From: Leptolyngbyaceae cyanobacterium RM1_1_2
GTDB taxonomy: Bacteria; Cyanobacteriota; Cyanobacteriia; Phormidesmidales; Phormidesmidaceae
Assembly (NCBI GenBank): GCA_012032345.1
Contig: JAAUQI010000008.1
Location: 36,291-60,290, forward strand
Length of the DNA: 24,000 bases
Direction: 5' to 3'
The translations under genes and the position numbers were made by a program. Under the pieces are notes generated by a model. The model did no database searches. It was not told the origin of the DNA and saw nothing but the letters and a program-made list of their open reading frames with translations. Positions 7,009 through 14,734 of this stretch are shown here, piece by piece. Within the stretch, counting starts at the first letter, position 1; every line of letters begins with the position of its first letter.

Positions 7009-8709
7009 ATGGCCGACCGGCTCATGGGCGACGTTTTCAGCGATATGCTATCGCCGCCTGGGTCAGATGTTGAATCGGATACTGAGTCGGATACTGAGGT
7101 AAAAAACCTGACGCCGCAGATAGCTGCTACAGCCAGCGCTTTCCCGCTGCAGATTAGTCTCGATCAGACTACTTACCTGGTGCGCGCCCGCCAGCCGCTG
7201 CTCCTACAGATTCAAATTTGCTCAGAACAGAGGCTGTATGCTGAACTGCCTGAGAGTGAGCTAACGCTGGTTTTGCGCAATCCTCAAACCTCAGAGCTAT
7301 TGGCTACGCTGAAGCGATCGCTACTATCGCAGTCTCTGCCTGCGCAGATAGAGGTTGAAGCCAAGCTGCCAGCAGCGGTCAAAACATACCTGATTTTGGG
7401 AGAACTTACACTACAGTCTCTAGACGAGCCGTTAATTCTGGCAGCTCAGGCGTTTACGGTAGCAGCTATGCTAGACGAGCTGATTGAGACGGTTGCCGAT
7501 CAAGGAGAATACCTGCAAGATCCAACCCAGTGGCATCTACCGCTAGAAGGAACAGCCGCTCAGGTGGCCGACGCTATGGGCCAGGTAGTCAGAAAAACGA
7601 TGCCTGTACAGCTGCCCAGCTCGGTCAGGCCAGACAAACCTGCTTTTTTACCTTCTACGGGCATGTTTTTGCCTCCTCAGATTCATAATTCACTGCTAGC
7701 TCCCCCTTCAGCCAGCAACCGTTCTCCAGTATTACCGTCACTGCCACCTATTACTCAGGCTGACTCTAGTCTTTCTACAGCGGCCTCAGACACTGCGGCG
7801 GCTATAGATATAGCTGCGCCTGAGGCTGACTTACCGCTTACAGCTGCGCCTGAGGCTGCTCTATCCCCTGATGAAAACCGATCAGAGCCAGCTTTAGCAG
7901 CCCCGCCTGAGGCATTAACCGTGGATCAGGCGGATGAAGACGCTGATTTCATTGCAGCAACTCAGCAAAATGACTTTGAAGCCAAAACATTTCTAGAGTT
8001 AAAAATAGCTGATACTGCGACAGCGCCTCTAGAAGACTCGGAAGTAGATGTAGCCTTTCAGTCTTTGAATTTGAAAGATCGCTTTTGGTCACGGCTGAGT
8101 GCTTTTGCTTTAGATGGTTACAAAGCAGCTCAGGAGATTCAGGCTGCAACTGAGCTAGGAGAAATGATTGCGAATCAGGCTGAGACAGCTGTGCCCAATG
8201 AGACGATCGCGCCGATTATGTCGCTTGGTGAAAAAGATTTTAGCCGCGAATTTGTAGTTTACGACGCAGCCGCTCAGACTGTTCAACTTGAAGATCAGCC
8301 TCCACCTGAGAGTCGAGCCGCTGCTGATGCGGCTGTCGAACTGCCCCCTGTTCCTATCCCAAAACTTAAAGTGCCTGTCGGCACCCTGATTGCTGGTGAG
8401 CTGATTTCTATAGAGGTGACGCTGCGGGCGACGCCTGAGCGTTTATGTGTCAAATTTTGGACTAGCGATTTGCAAACGCGGGCTTTAGTTGATAATCCTC
8501 GCTGGCTGATGTCTTTTGATCCAGACGGTCAGGGCAATATGTCTACGACTCTGCGTCTCACTGTGCCTCAGGGATGTTTAGAAGCCAGATTTGCGGCGAT
8601 CGCAGTTGACATTGTTAGTCAAAGAGAAAGCGAACGGGTGGTGATTGATCGCTCTATTTTGCCAGATGCTCTTCCAGAGCAGCCGCTAGACGAGTTTGAT
8701 TTGTTGTAG
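7009..8709 (+). CDS. Large acidic hypothetical protein (566 aa from the first ATG)
   Basis: Long ORF, very D/E/S/T/A/P-rich, with internal DNA repeats. Beta-rich blocks (FPLQISLDQTTYLVRARQPLLLQIQI..., LIAGELISIEVTLRATPERLCVKFW...TTLRLTVPQGCLEARFAAIAVD) are separated by apparently disordered acidic linkers. No family recognised. Confidence 0.7.
   Translation: MADRLMGDVFSDMLSPPGSDVESDTESDTEVKNLTPQIAATASAFPLQISLDQTTYLVRARQPLLLQIQICSEQRLYAELPESELTLVLRNPQTSELLATLKRSLLSQSLPAQIEVEAKLPAAVKTYLILGELTLQSLDEPLILAAQAFTVAAMLDELIETVADQGEYLQDPTQWHLPLEGTAAQVADAMGQVVRKTMPVQLPSSVRPDKPAFLPSTGMFLPPQIHNSLLAPPSASNRSPVLPSLPPITQADSSLSTAASDTAAAIDIAAPEADLPLTAAPEAALSPDENRSEPALAAPPEALTVDQADEDADFIAATQQNDFEAKTFLELKIADTATAPLEDSEVDVAFQSLNLKDRFWSRLSAFALDGYKAAQEIQAATELGEMIANQAETAVPNETIAPIMSLGEKDFSREFVVYDAAAQTVQLEDQPPPESRAAADAAVELPPVPIPKLKVPVGTLIAGELISIEVTLRATPERLCVKFWTSDLQTRALVDNPRWLMSFDPDGQGNMSTTLRLTVPQGCLEARFAAIAVDIVSQRESERVVIDRSILPDALPEQPLDEFDLL
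7075..7098 (+). repeat. (TCGGATACTGAG)x2 perfect 12-nt tandem duplication
   Basis: Read directly at 7075-7086 and 7087-7098. It encodes SDTE-SDTE in the acidic N-terminus of ORF 7009..8709. Confidence 0.9.
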
Positions 8710-8899
8710 GGTGCTAGAGTTCAGTGCTGGTTTAGCAGCTACCGCTTATGGATGATAGTGTGTGGGTCGAGCGCTCAGTGAATGCTAGCGATGCTTCCGC
8801 TCTAGAATTGCGCAAAGTTTGTAGAAGAATTTAAGCATTTTGAGCCATTTCGCAGTAATCTGATTGACGTAATAAGTTGTGTTGAGATAGGCAACCCGT

Positions 8900-9010
8900 A
8901 TGGCAGCTTCTTTCCTTCCTTCTATTCTGGTTCCTGTGGTCGGCCTGGTTTTTCCAGCTATAGCAATGGCGTTTCTCTTTCTCTATATTGAGCAAGAAGA
9001 TGCCGCATAG
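8900..9010 (+). CDS. psaI: Photosystem I reaction centre subunit VIII (PsaI), 36 aa
   Basis: Not in the ORF track (<60 aa). Hand translation gives [36 protein letters not shown], which matches the PsaI pattern (..[20 protein letters not shown]..). TAG is at 9008-9010. Confidence 0.88.
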   Translation: MAASFLPSILVPVVGLVFPAIAMAFLFLYIEQEDAA

Positions 9011-9048
9011 CTTTTAGATCGGGATCTAAAAGTAATTAGAGGCCACAC

Positions 9049-9081
9049 AAAAAAGCACCCCCCAATTGGGGGGCACTTTTT
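9049..9081. terminator. Bidirectional intrinsic terminator between convergent psaI and psbJ
   Basis: AAAAAA-GCA-CCCCCC-AATT-GGGGGG-CAC-TTTTT. This is a perfect 6-bp G/C stem with an AATT loop, flanked by an A-run on the left and a T-run on the right, so a U-tract follows the stem on either strand. Confidence 0.7.
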
Positions 9082-9112
9082 ACTTAGCTAGGAGAAACGG
9101 CTGACGCCGCTA

Positions 9113-9232
9113 CTACATAGCGGAACCGACTCCGGCATAGGCTCCATAAAAGAAAAGACCAACGACAACAAGTACGCCTGTACCTGCAATTGTCGCAACG
9201 ATCCATAAAGGAATTTTTCCACCTTGGCCCAC
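9113..9232 (-). CDS. psbJ: Photosystem II protein PsbJ (39 aa; 40 aa if the adjacent GTG at 9235 is used)
   Basis: Hand translation of the minus strand gives (V)[38 protein letters not shown]. It matches the PsbJ consensus (..GG.IPLW.VAT.AG.GV....[14 protein letters not shown].). GGAGG lies 6 nt upstream of the GTG start. The track ORF 9088..9336 is a different frame. Confidence 0.9.
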   Translation of the reverse strand: MGQGGKIPLWIVATIAGTGVLVVVGLFFYGAYAGVGSAM

Positions 9233-9289
9233 CACACACCTCCAAAAGAATTAGTTAAGCTAAAGCACCGATACAAAAGAGGGAATTTT

Positions 9290-9409
9290 CTAGTTGAAGA
9301 AGTAGCTAGAAAAAAGCAGGCCAAGAACAAATACAAGTAACAAGCCCAAAAAGAGCGAAGTCCGGTTTAGCTCTACTGGCTGTTTATTAGGATTCTGTTT
9401 GCGTTCCAT
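9290..9409 (-). CDS. psbL: Photosystem II protein PsbL (39 aa)
   Basis: Hand translation gives [39 protein letters not shown], the canonical PsbL sequence pattern. AGGAG lies 7 nt upstream, overlapping the psbF stop. Confidence 0.93.
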   Translation of the reverse strand: MERKQNPNKQPVELNRTSLFLGLLLVFVLGLLFSSYFFN

Positions 9410-9418
9410 GATGTTCTC

Positions 9419-9553
9419 CTATCGTTGAACAAACTGCATTGCCGCAATCGCTCCCAGAAAGAAAACGGCGGGAACCGCGAGTGCATGAACTGATAGCCAT
9501 CTCACCGTAAAGATGGGATAAGTTACTGGCTCGTTGGAAGTATTGCTATTCAT
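9419..9553 (-). CDS. psbF: Cytochrome b559 beta subunit (PsbF, 44 aa)
   Basis: Hand translation gives [44 protein letters not shown]. It has the conserved [11 protein letters not shown] heme-ligand region of PsbF. Confidence 0.93.
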   Translation of the reverse strand: MNSNTSNEPVTYPIFTVRWLSVHALAVPAVFFLGAIAAMQFVQR

Positions 9554-9593
9554 TTGCGAAAACCTGATTTACTAAAGAAAACGAAAGTGAAAG

Positions 9594-9842
9594 CTATTGG
9601 TTTTGGAACTGCTGAATTTCCTGGCGGGCATCGTAGCGATCGTCAACAATCGGCAGTTCCATGCGGTTGTTGGGGTAGTACTCGTTAGGACGAGGCGTAC
9701 CAAATACATCGTAAGCCAGCCCTGTGCTGACAAATAACCAGCCAGCAACAAAGAGCGCCGGAATCGTGATGCTGTGGATAACCCAGTAGCGAATACTGGT
9801 GATAATGTCTGAAAATGGACGTTCTCCAGTTGAACCTGCCAT
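9594..9842 (-). CDS. psbE: Cytochrome b559 alpha subunit (PsbE, 82 aa)
   Basis: Track [58 protein letters not shown].., the canonical PsbE sequence. GAGGAG lies about 8 nt upstream of the ATG. Confidence 0.97.
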   Translation of the reverse strand: MAGSTGERPFSDIITSIRYWVIHSITIPALFVAGWLFVSTGLAYDVFGTPRPNEYYPNNRMELPIVDDRYDARQEIQQFQNQ

Positions 9843-9884
9843 CGATTTTTCTCCTCTAACAGCAATTTATCTATGAACTATTCC

Positions 9885-9913
9885 ATCATACGGAACGTGC
9901 TTTATCCTCACAA
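9885..9913 (-). promoter_or_regulatory. Putative sigma70-type promoter of psbEFLJ
   Basis: The minus strand reads TTGTGA-17 nt-TATGAT (-35 at 9913-9908, -10 at 9890-9885) in the ycf48/psbE intergenic region. It lies about 43 nt upstream of the psbE ATG. This is sequence-pattern evidence only. Confidence 0.35.
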
Positions 9914-9950
9914 GAAATAGGAATAAAGCAGGTCTCTAATCGCTCAGAAA

Positions 9951-11009
9951 CTAAGCTGCTTCTACCGTGTTATCGTACTTTAGCAAAATACCGCGCTGTC
10001 CTAGAACGAATCCCCTATCCTCTGATAAAAAGATGATGCGATAAAAATTAGAGGGGACATCCTCTAGCTGTCTATCCTTTAGCCAGGTTTTGCCACCGTC
10101 TAGACTACATAGCAGGTTGCCACCGCCGCCTGCAACCCAAACTTCGTCGCGGGTACGATAGGCCATATCCAATAGGCCCCAGCTAGTAGAAAATTCAGGG
10201 TTGATCGGATCTTGCCAATCTTCGACATCTGCTGAAGCCGAAAACTGGAGCTGACCGCCACGAGCAATCAACCAGAGGTCATTTTGCTGATTGAACCCCA
10301 TGTTTTGCAAACGCTTGGAGTTTTCACGGTTGTGTAGCTGCCAACTACGCTGTCCCGGTTGCCAGGTAGAGTAGAAGTTACCGCGTGAAGAAACGGCAAC
10401 GTAGCGACCATCCCGAGAACGAGCCATATTGCGGACAACGCCGACCGCACCTTCAACCAGAGCCTTCCAGTTTCGCCCCCCGTTCTGAGTGACGTAGATA
10501 GCTCCAATATCTGTTGCCATCTCGGCTGAGTCTGGCCCTAGGGCAGTAATCAAAAATGGGCTACCGGGGAGCTGTTCGCTCAGCGATACCCTAGCCCAGG
10601 TTGCACCTTCATCATTGGTATGAAGTAGCAGGTTAGGCTGACCTGTGATCCACCCCTCACTGCCTTCAAAGCTCACCGAGGTCAGAGTGTAACGCTTCTC
10701 GTCTAGATCTAGATGACGAGGTTCCCAGGTGTCTCCTCGATCATGGCTTTCCAAAAGTGTGGAGTTACTGCCCACTAGCCAACCGTGACTGCCATCTGCC
10801 GTAAATGCAATATCTGAAAAAGTATTTTCAGTGGAAATTTGTAAAACCTGCCAGGGATTTTTTTCCAGAGAGGGCAAAAAAAATCCAGAACAGCCAACGG
10901 TCAGTAAAGCGATCGCCACGATCGCAACCAGCTTCTTAGCAGACCCCAGATTAAACTGCATTGCCATGAGAGGTAAGTATATTAATGTCGAACAACAAGC
11001 TGATTTCAA
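9951..11009 (-). CDS. ycf48: Photosystem II assembly factor Ycf48/HCF136 (beta-propeller lipoprotein)
   Basis: 352-aa ORF. It has a signal peptide with lipobox LLTVGCSG and repeated propeller blades with ..D.G.TW.. motifs (SHDRGDTWEP, TNDEGATWARV, TQNGGRNWKAL, SLDGGKTWLKD). It lies between rubA and psbEFLJ, as is typical of cyanobacteria. The true start may be the internal ATG at 10967 or 10961. Confidence 0.9.
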   Translation of the reverse strand: MKSACCSTLIYLPLMAMQFNLGSAKKLVAIVAIALLTVGCSGFFLPSLEKNPWQVLQISTENTFSDIAFTADGSHGWLVGSNSTLLESHDRGDTWEPRHLDLDEKRYTLTSVSFEGSEGWITGQPNLLLHTNDEGATWARVSLSEQLPGSPFLITALGPDSAEMATDIGAIYVTQNGGRNWKALVEGAVGVVRNMARSRDGRYVAVSSRGNFYSTWQPGQRSWQLHNRENSKRLQNMGFNQQNDLWLIARGGQLQFSASADVEDWQDPINPEFSTSWGLLDMAYRTRDEVWVAGGGGNLLCSLDGGKTWLKDRQLEDVPSNFYRIIFLSEDRGFVLGQRGILLKYDNTVEAA

Positions 11010-11032
11010 AAAATGCTGCCTGAATCAGCAGC

Positions 11033-11431
11033 TTAACGTAAGCCATAAAGGCTTAGAAAGAACAAAAAGCCGAGTCCTAAAGCTCCAAAAATGAGTATAT
11101 TCTTTTGCCCCGGCGTTAGCGTGTTGACCCCAAGGCCGTAGCGTAAATTTTCTTCAAAACCTGAAGGTTTACCCGTAGGCCCAATATTTTCAAACTGAGG
11201 CTTGCGGGCACCGCACACAGGGCAGCGCCAGCCAGCAGGAAGCTCTGAGAAAGGCGTTTTAGCTGCAACCTCCGATTTATTGTCTCCCTTATCAGGTTCA
11301 TAAACGTAGCCACAGGAACGACATTCGTAGCGGTCTAGCTGCTTTTGCTCGGCAGTTGGGGGGGGGCTACCCTGACTTTGCTGGAGGTCAGAAGCATCAG
11401 CACTAACATTGACTTCCGGCTCGGTATTCAT
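11033..11431 (-). CDS. rubA: Membrane-anchored rubredoxin RubA
   Basis: 132 aa. It has the rubredoxin Cys pairs CRSCGYVY...WRCPVCGA and a C-terminal TM helix (ILIFGALGLGFLFFLSLYGL). It sits immediately upstream of ycf48. Confidence 0.92.
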   Translation of the reverse strand: MNTEPEVNVSADASDLQQSQGSPPPTAEQKQLDRYECRSCGYVYEPDKGDNKSEVAAKTPFSELPAGWRCPVCGARKPQFENIGPTGKPSGFEENLRYGLGVNTLTPGQKNILIFGALGLGFLFFLSLYGLR

Positions 11432-11742
11432 GTCTTGTCTCTCTTTTCCTAAATGCTCTCTAAACGCAGAAATGCCTGCCTAAAGCTAGAGCTTATCGGG
11501 CTGTAACCAGCTTAATATGAGAATAACTGTTAAAGATTATGACATACTGTGGGTTTTCTTCTATAGCTTCCTCAGGCGATCTTTGAGTTCAATCAGTCTT
11601 AGCTGCTCTCTCGATAGTCTCAATAGTACTGGAGCAGAGCTAATGAAATTTTGCTGTGATACCTCTGTATTTAGAGAAAATGCACTATAGAATAGTGAAG
11701 GCAAGTAACATTACCTACTGACCTGACAGAGAGCATTACGCC

Positions 11743-12105
11743 GTGTTTGTCTTAACCGGTTACGAATATTTTCTAGGATTTTTGATTATTTGCGGCCTGA
11801 TTCCCGTGCTAGCGCTGAGCGCTTCTAGGTTATTGAGACCTGTTAGCCGGGGACCAGTTCGCAGAACAACTTATGAATCTGGCATGGAGCCGATAGGTGG
11901 AGCCTGGATTCAGTTCAACATCCGCTACTACATGTTTGCCCTGGTTTTTGTCATCTTCGATGTAGAAACAGTTTTTCTGTACCCCTGGGCGGTCGCATTT
12001 AGCCGGTTGGGTCTGCTGGCTTTCATAGAAGCCCTGATTTTTATCGCAATCTTAGTAATCGGCCTGGTTTATGCATGGCGTAAAGGAGCCTTAGAATGGT
12101 CATGA
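11743..12105 (+). CDS. ndhC: NAD(P)H-quinone oxidoreductase (NDH-1) subunit 3, NdhC
   Basis: 120 aa from a GTG start: [33 protein letters not shown]...YESGMEP.G.AW.QF.IRYY.FAL.FV.FDVE..FLYPWA, the canonical NdhC/NuoA pattern. Confidence 0.95.
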   Translation: MFVLTGYEYFLGFLIICGLIPVLALSASRLLRPVSRGPVRRTTYESGMEPIGGAWIQFNIRYYMFALVFVIFDVETVFLYPWAVAFSRLGLLAFIEALIFIAILVIGLVYAWRKGALEWS

Positions 12106-12842
12106 ATTCAAGTACTTTATCTTCCAGTCCGCTGCTCAAGTCAGATGAGCGGATCATGAATCCGGCAGGGCCGCCGACGGTGACTCAGGATCTCTCTGAG
12201 AACGTTGTTTTGACGACGTTAGACGACCTGTATAACTGGACAAGGCTGTCCAGCCTGTTTCCGCTGCTATACGGTACAGCCTGCTGTTTTATTGAGTTTG
12301 CAGCGCTAATCGGTTCGCGCTTTGACTTCGATCGCTTTGGGCTTTTGCCGCGTTCTAGTCCGCGTCAGGCTGACTTGATCATTACGGCAGGAACAGTCAC
12401 CATGAAGATGGCACCTGCTCTAGTTAGGCTGTATGAGCAAATGCCTGACCCCAAATATGTGATCGCCATGGGGGCCTGTACCATTACAGGCGGTATGTTC
12501 AGTACTGATTCTCCCAGCGCCGTGCGGGGTGTAGATAAGCTAATTCCGGTGGATGTCTACATCCCTGGCTGTCCGCCGCGACCCGAGGCTATCATTGATG
12601 CCATTATCAAGCTGCGCAAAAAAGTCGCTAATGAGTCTATTCAAGAGCGTGGCTATACTCAGCAAACCCATCGTTACTACACCACTGCCCACAATCTGAA
12701 GTCAGTAGATCCGATTTTGACCGGGCAGTATTTGCGCTCTGATACGCGACAGGCACCCCCCAAAGAACTGATGCAGGCTGTCGGTGCTCCTGTAGAAGAT
12801 TTGGCTCAGATGCAGGCAGAAAAGGAAGCTACCCATGAGTGA
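12096..12842 (+). CDS. ndhK: NDH-1 subunit NdhK (NuoB-like, Fe-S cluster N2)
   Basis: 248 aa. It contains [23 protein letters not shown] and [11 protein letters not shown] (the NuoB Cys ligands). The start overlaps the ndhC stop by 10 nt (alternative ATG at 12102). Confidence 0.95.
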   Translation: MVMNSSTLSSSPLLKSDERIMNPAGPPTVTQDLSENVVLTTLDDLYNWTRLSSLFPLLYGTACCFIEFAALIGSRFDFDRFGLLPRSSPRQADLIITAGTVTMKMAPALVRLYEQMPDPKYVIAMGACTITGGMFSTDSPSAVRGVDKLIPVDVYIPGCPPRPEAIIDAIIKLRKKVANESIQERGYTQQTHRYYTTAHNLKSVDPILTGQYLRSDTRQAPPKELMQAVGAPVEDLAQMQAEKEATHE

Positions 12843-13368
12843 TGAAGAAAAGCAGTCCGCTGAAGTCTCTGAGGCAGCTGGAGAGATCGTTGAAGCTGGC
12901 AGGGTTTCTAAGTGGCTCACTGAGCAGGGCTTTGACCATGAGGTTTTAGAGCCTGATCATCTCGGTGTTGAGATGATTAAGGTGGCTCCAGAGTTTTTGA
13001 TTCCGTTTTCAACGGCACTTTACGCCTACGGCTTTAACTACCTGCAGTGTCAAGGGGCCTACGATATTGGGCCAGGCGACGGGCTGGTTAGCTTCTATCA
13101 CTTGATCAAGCTGGAAGACAGTGGCGATCGCCCTGAAGAGGTACGTCTCAAAGTGTTTTTGCCGCGTGAAAATCCGAAACTGCCCTCGGTTTACTGGATT
13201 TGGAAATCTGCCGACTGGCAAGAGCGCGAGAGCTATGACATGTATGGCATTGTCTATGAAGGGCACCCGAATCTAAAACGGCTGCTGATGCCAGAGGACT
13301 GGGTGGGCTGGCCATTGCGCAAAGACTACATTTCGCCTGACTTTTATGAGCTTCAGGATGCCTACTAA
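12835..13368 (+). CDS. ndhJ: NDH-1 subunit NdhJ (NuoC-like)
   Basis: 177 aa. The C-terminal half has the canonical NdhJ pattern: [36 protein letters not shown]. The start overlaps the ndhK stop by 8 nt. Confidence 0.95.
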   Translation: MSDEEKQSAEVSEAAGEIVEAGRVSKWLTEQGFDHEVLEPDHLGVEMIKVAPEFLIPFSTALYAYGFNYLQCQGAYDIGPGDGLVSFYHLIKLEDSGDRPEEVRLKVFLPRENPKLPSVYWIWKSADWQERESYDMYGIVYEGHPNLKRLLMPEDWVGWPLRKDYISPDFYELQDAY

Positions 13369-13399
13369 GGCTGTTGTAGACTGTGTTTGGTTACCCGCA

Positions 13400-13595
13400 A
13401 TTAAAACTATCCAGAAATGAGTAAGGCGTTGTTCAACCTGATTTTCAACTCAGTGTATGAGCAATCGTACTAGAAATGACTCAATGTTTCGCAGAATAGC
13501 TCGCTTGCTCATGCCTTCTCATCAACTAGCAGCAAAGCCTCTTCATAGCGACCCTCCAAGAGGCTTTGCCTCAAGTCAACCAGTTCCTGAGTCAT
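13400..13595 (-). pseudogene. Decayed remnant of a small helical protein gene (frameshift plus in-frame stop)
   Basis: The minus strand reads ATG(13595) MTQELVDLRQSLLEGRYEEALLLVDEKA* (TGA at 13509-13511). The sense continues after a frame change as MSKRAILRNIESFLVRLLIH*, then in that same frame past the TGA as VENQVEQRLTHFW. Coherent helical peptide text thus spans two frames and one stop. It resembles small cyanobacterial DUF29-like proteins from memory only; the family is not verified. Confidence 0.35.
13532..13569. repeat. Perfect 12-bp inverted repeat (hairpin with 14-nt loop)
   Basis: GCAAAGCCTCTT (13532-13543) pairs with AAGAGGCTTTGC (13558-13569). It lies about 165 nt downstream of the ndhJ stop, inside the gene remnant. 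No U-tract follows on either strand. Confidence 0.85.
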
Positions 13596-13757
13596 AGCGT
13601 TATCCACCGTGACGCAAATTGATTCTATCGTGGCTTTTACAGTGCTCCTGGCTACCGCTTACTTAATAGAGACAAGCGGTTAAAAAACTAGAATCTGGGC
13701 CTGTAGCCTGAAAACACCCGCTCAGCCGATATTCCCAGGCTAAAAAAACAGAAGATA

Positions 13758-14141
13758 TTAGCTATCCGATTGGTTGAGCTGGATAATATCCCGACGAATC
13801 GCCTCAAGCTCCTGGGTCAGGATCTTGATTTCAGTCTGTAAGCTTACCTCGACTGTGGGCATATTAACGGTGCTGACGGGGGTGTGTGTAGGGCGAGATT
13901 GACTAAAGGGGCCAGGTATTTGCGCCATCATGCTGTCAACCATTTGACGCGCTTCTTGTTCTGCCACCGTGCCCTTGCTTTCTAAATCTTCGCTGAGACG
14001 ATTCCAGTCACCATTGATTTCAGAAAACCTTTCGCTTTGCCTGGCCGGATCTTGAACTGCTTCGACTAAAGATGCAGTGGCTCCTAAAGCAATACGAAAA
14101 CCTTTTTGCAGCAGTTCGGTGAAGCTATCAGAGTTCATCAT
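13758..14141 (-). CDS. Hypothetical helical protein (127 aa), weakly phasin-like N-terminus
   Basis: Intact ORF with an ATG start. The N-terminus (FTELLQKGFRIALGATASLVEAVQD) resembles phasin/COG3937-type helical proteins from memory. The C-terminus is coiled-coil-like (LQTEIKILTQELEAIRRDIIQL). Confidence 0.6.
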   Translation of the reverse strand: MMNSDSFTELLQKGFRIALGATASLVEAVQDPARQSERFSEINGDWNRLSEDLESKGTVAEQEARQMVDSMMAQIPGPFSQSRPTHTPVSTVNMPTVEVSLQTEIKILTQELEAIRRDIIQLNQSDS

Positions 14142-14325
14142 AAAGTTAATATGCCAAAAAACAACCGTGTTTAGTGGGCAACGCCCACCCTACCCGTAGA
14201 GGTTTCTAAATCTAGGGGCTGGTCTGATTCAGATACTGGTTCTCAACGAGAGTACAGACCATTGCCTCGATTGTATATTGCTTCCTTCAGAGTTGCTTGT
14301 AGAGTTGCTTATGGCCCTGTCTATA

Positions 14326-14676
14326 TCAGACGATTTGATCAAGATGCTGGTTGAGATCTTCTAAGACCCGAGTCAGTTCGGCTTCTGTGGTCAAGCGAAT
14401 GCGATCGTCTCGTAGGGTAATCAGCAGCTTGGCGGCAAAAGGAGTCGGCCAAATATTGGGGTTACAAAAAACTTCCAAAAAAACGTCGCCTGTGTGCTGA
14501 TATTCGAGGGATTTTTCGGGCTTGGGCTTGCTGCTTGCGCCTGCTTTAGCCGTAGCGATCGCCTTTAGGCTAGCCATTAGCTCAGCCAAAGCCGCCTCCA
14601 GCTTACGGGCCGCTTCTGCCGGGAAGTTAAAGCGAACCGAGCCTTCAACTAAGTTCAGCGTCATCTGTGTAGTCAT
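14326..14676 (-). CDS. Hypothetical protein (116 aa)
   Basis: Intact ORF on the same strand, starting 58 nt downstream of the FAD-oxidoreductase stop. No motif recognised. Confidence 0.55.
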   Translation of the reverse strand: MTTQMTLNLVEGSVRFNFPAEAARKLEAALAELMASLKAIATAKAGASSKPKPEKSLEYQHTGDVFLEVFCNPNIWPTPFAAKLLITLRDDRIRLTTEAELTRVLEDLNQHLDQIV

Positions 14677-14734
14677 GGTTCAGCTCAGTGTAACTGGCTT
14701 ATATTTTGCCAATAGCCGTTGTTATTCACCTAGC

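Noticed and set aside
9088-9865. Track ORFs 9088..9336 (82 aa) and 9572..9865 (97 aa) on the minus strand
   Set aside because: They are alternative frames over psbJ/psbL and psbE. The hand-translated frames give textbook PsbJ, PsbL and PsbE sequences, while these give low-complexity nonsense.
11688-11693. TAGAAT -10-like hexamer upstream of ndhC as its promoter
   Set aside because: There is no acceptable -35 element at 16-18 bp spacing, and I cannot distinguish it from chance in an AT-rich spacer.
14174-14188. Hairpin GTGGGC-AAC-GCCCAC between the two small minus-strand genes as a terminator
   Set aside because: The stem is only 6 bp, and on the minus strand the T-run lies about 14 nt beyond it. 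That is too weak to call.
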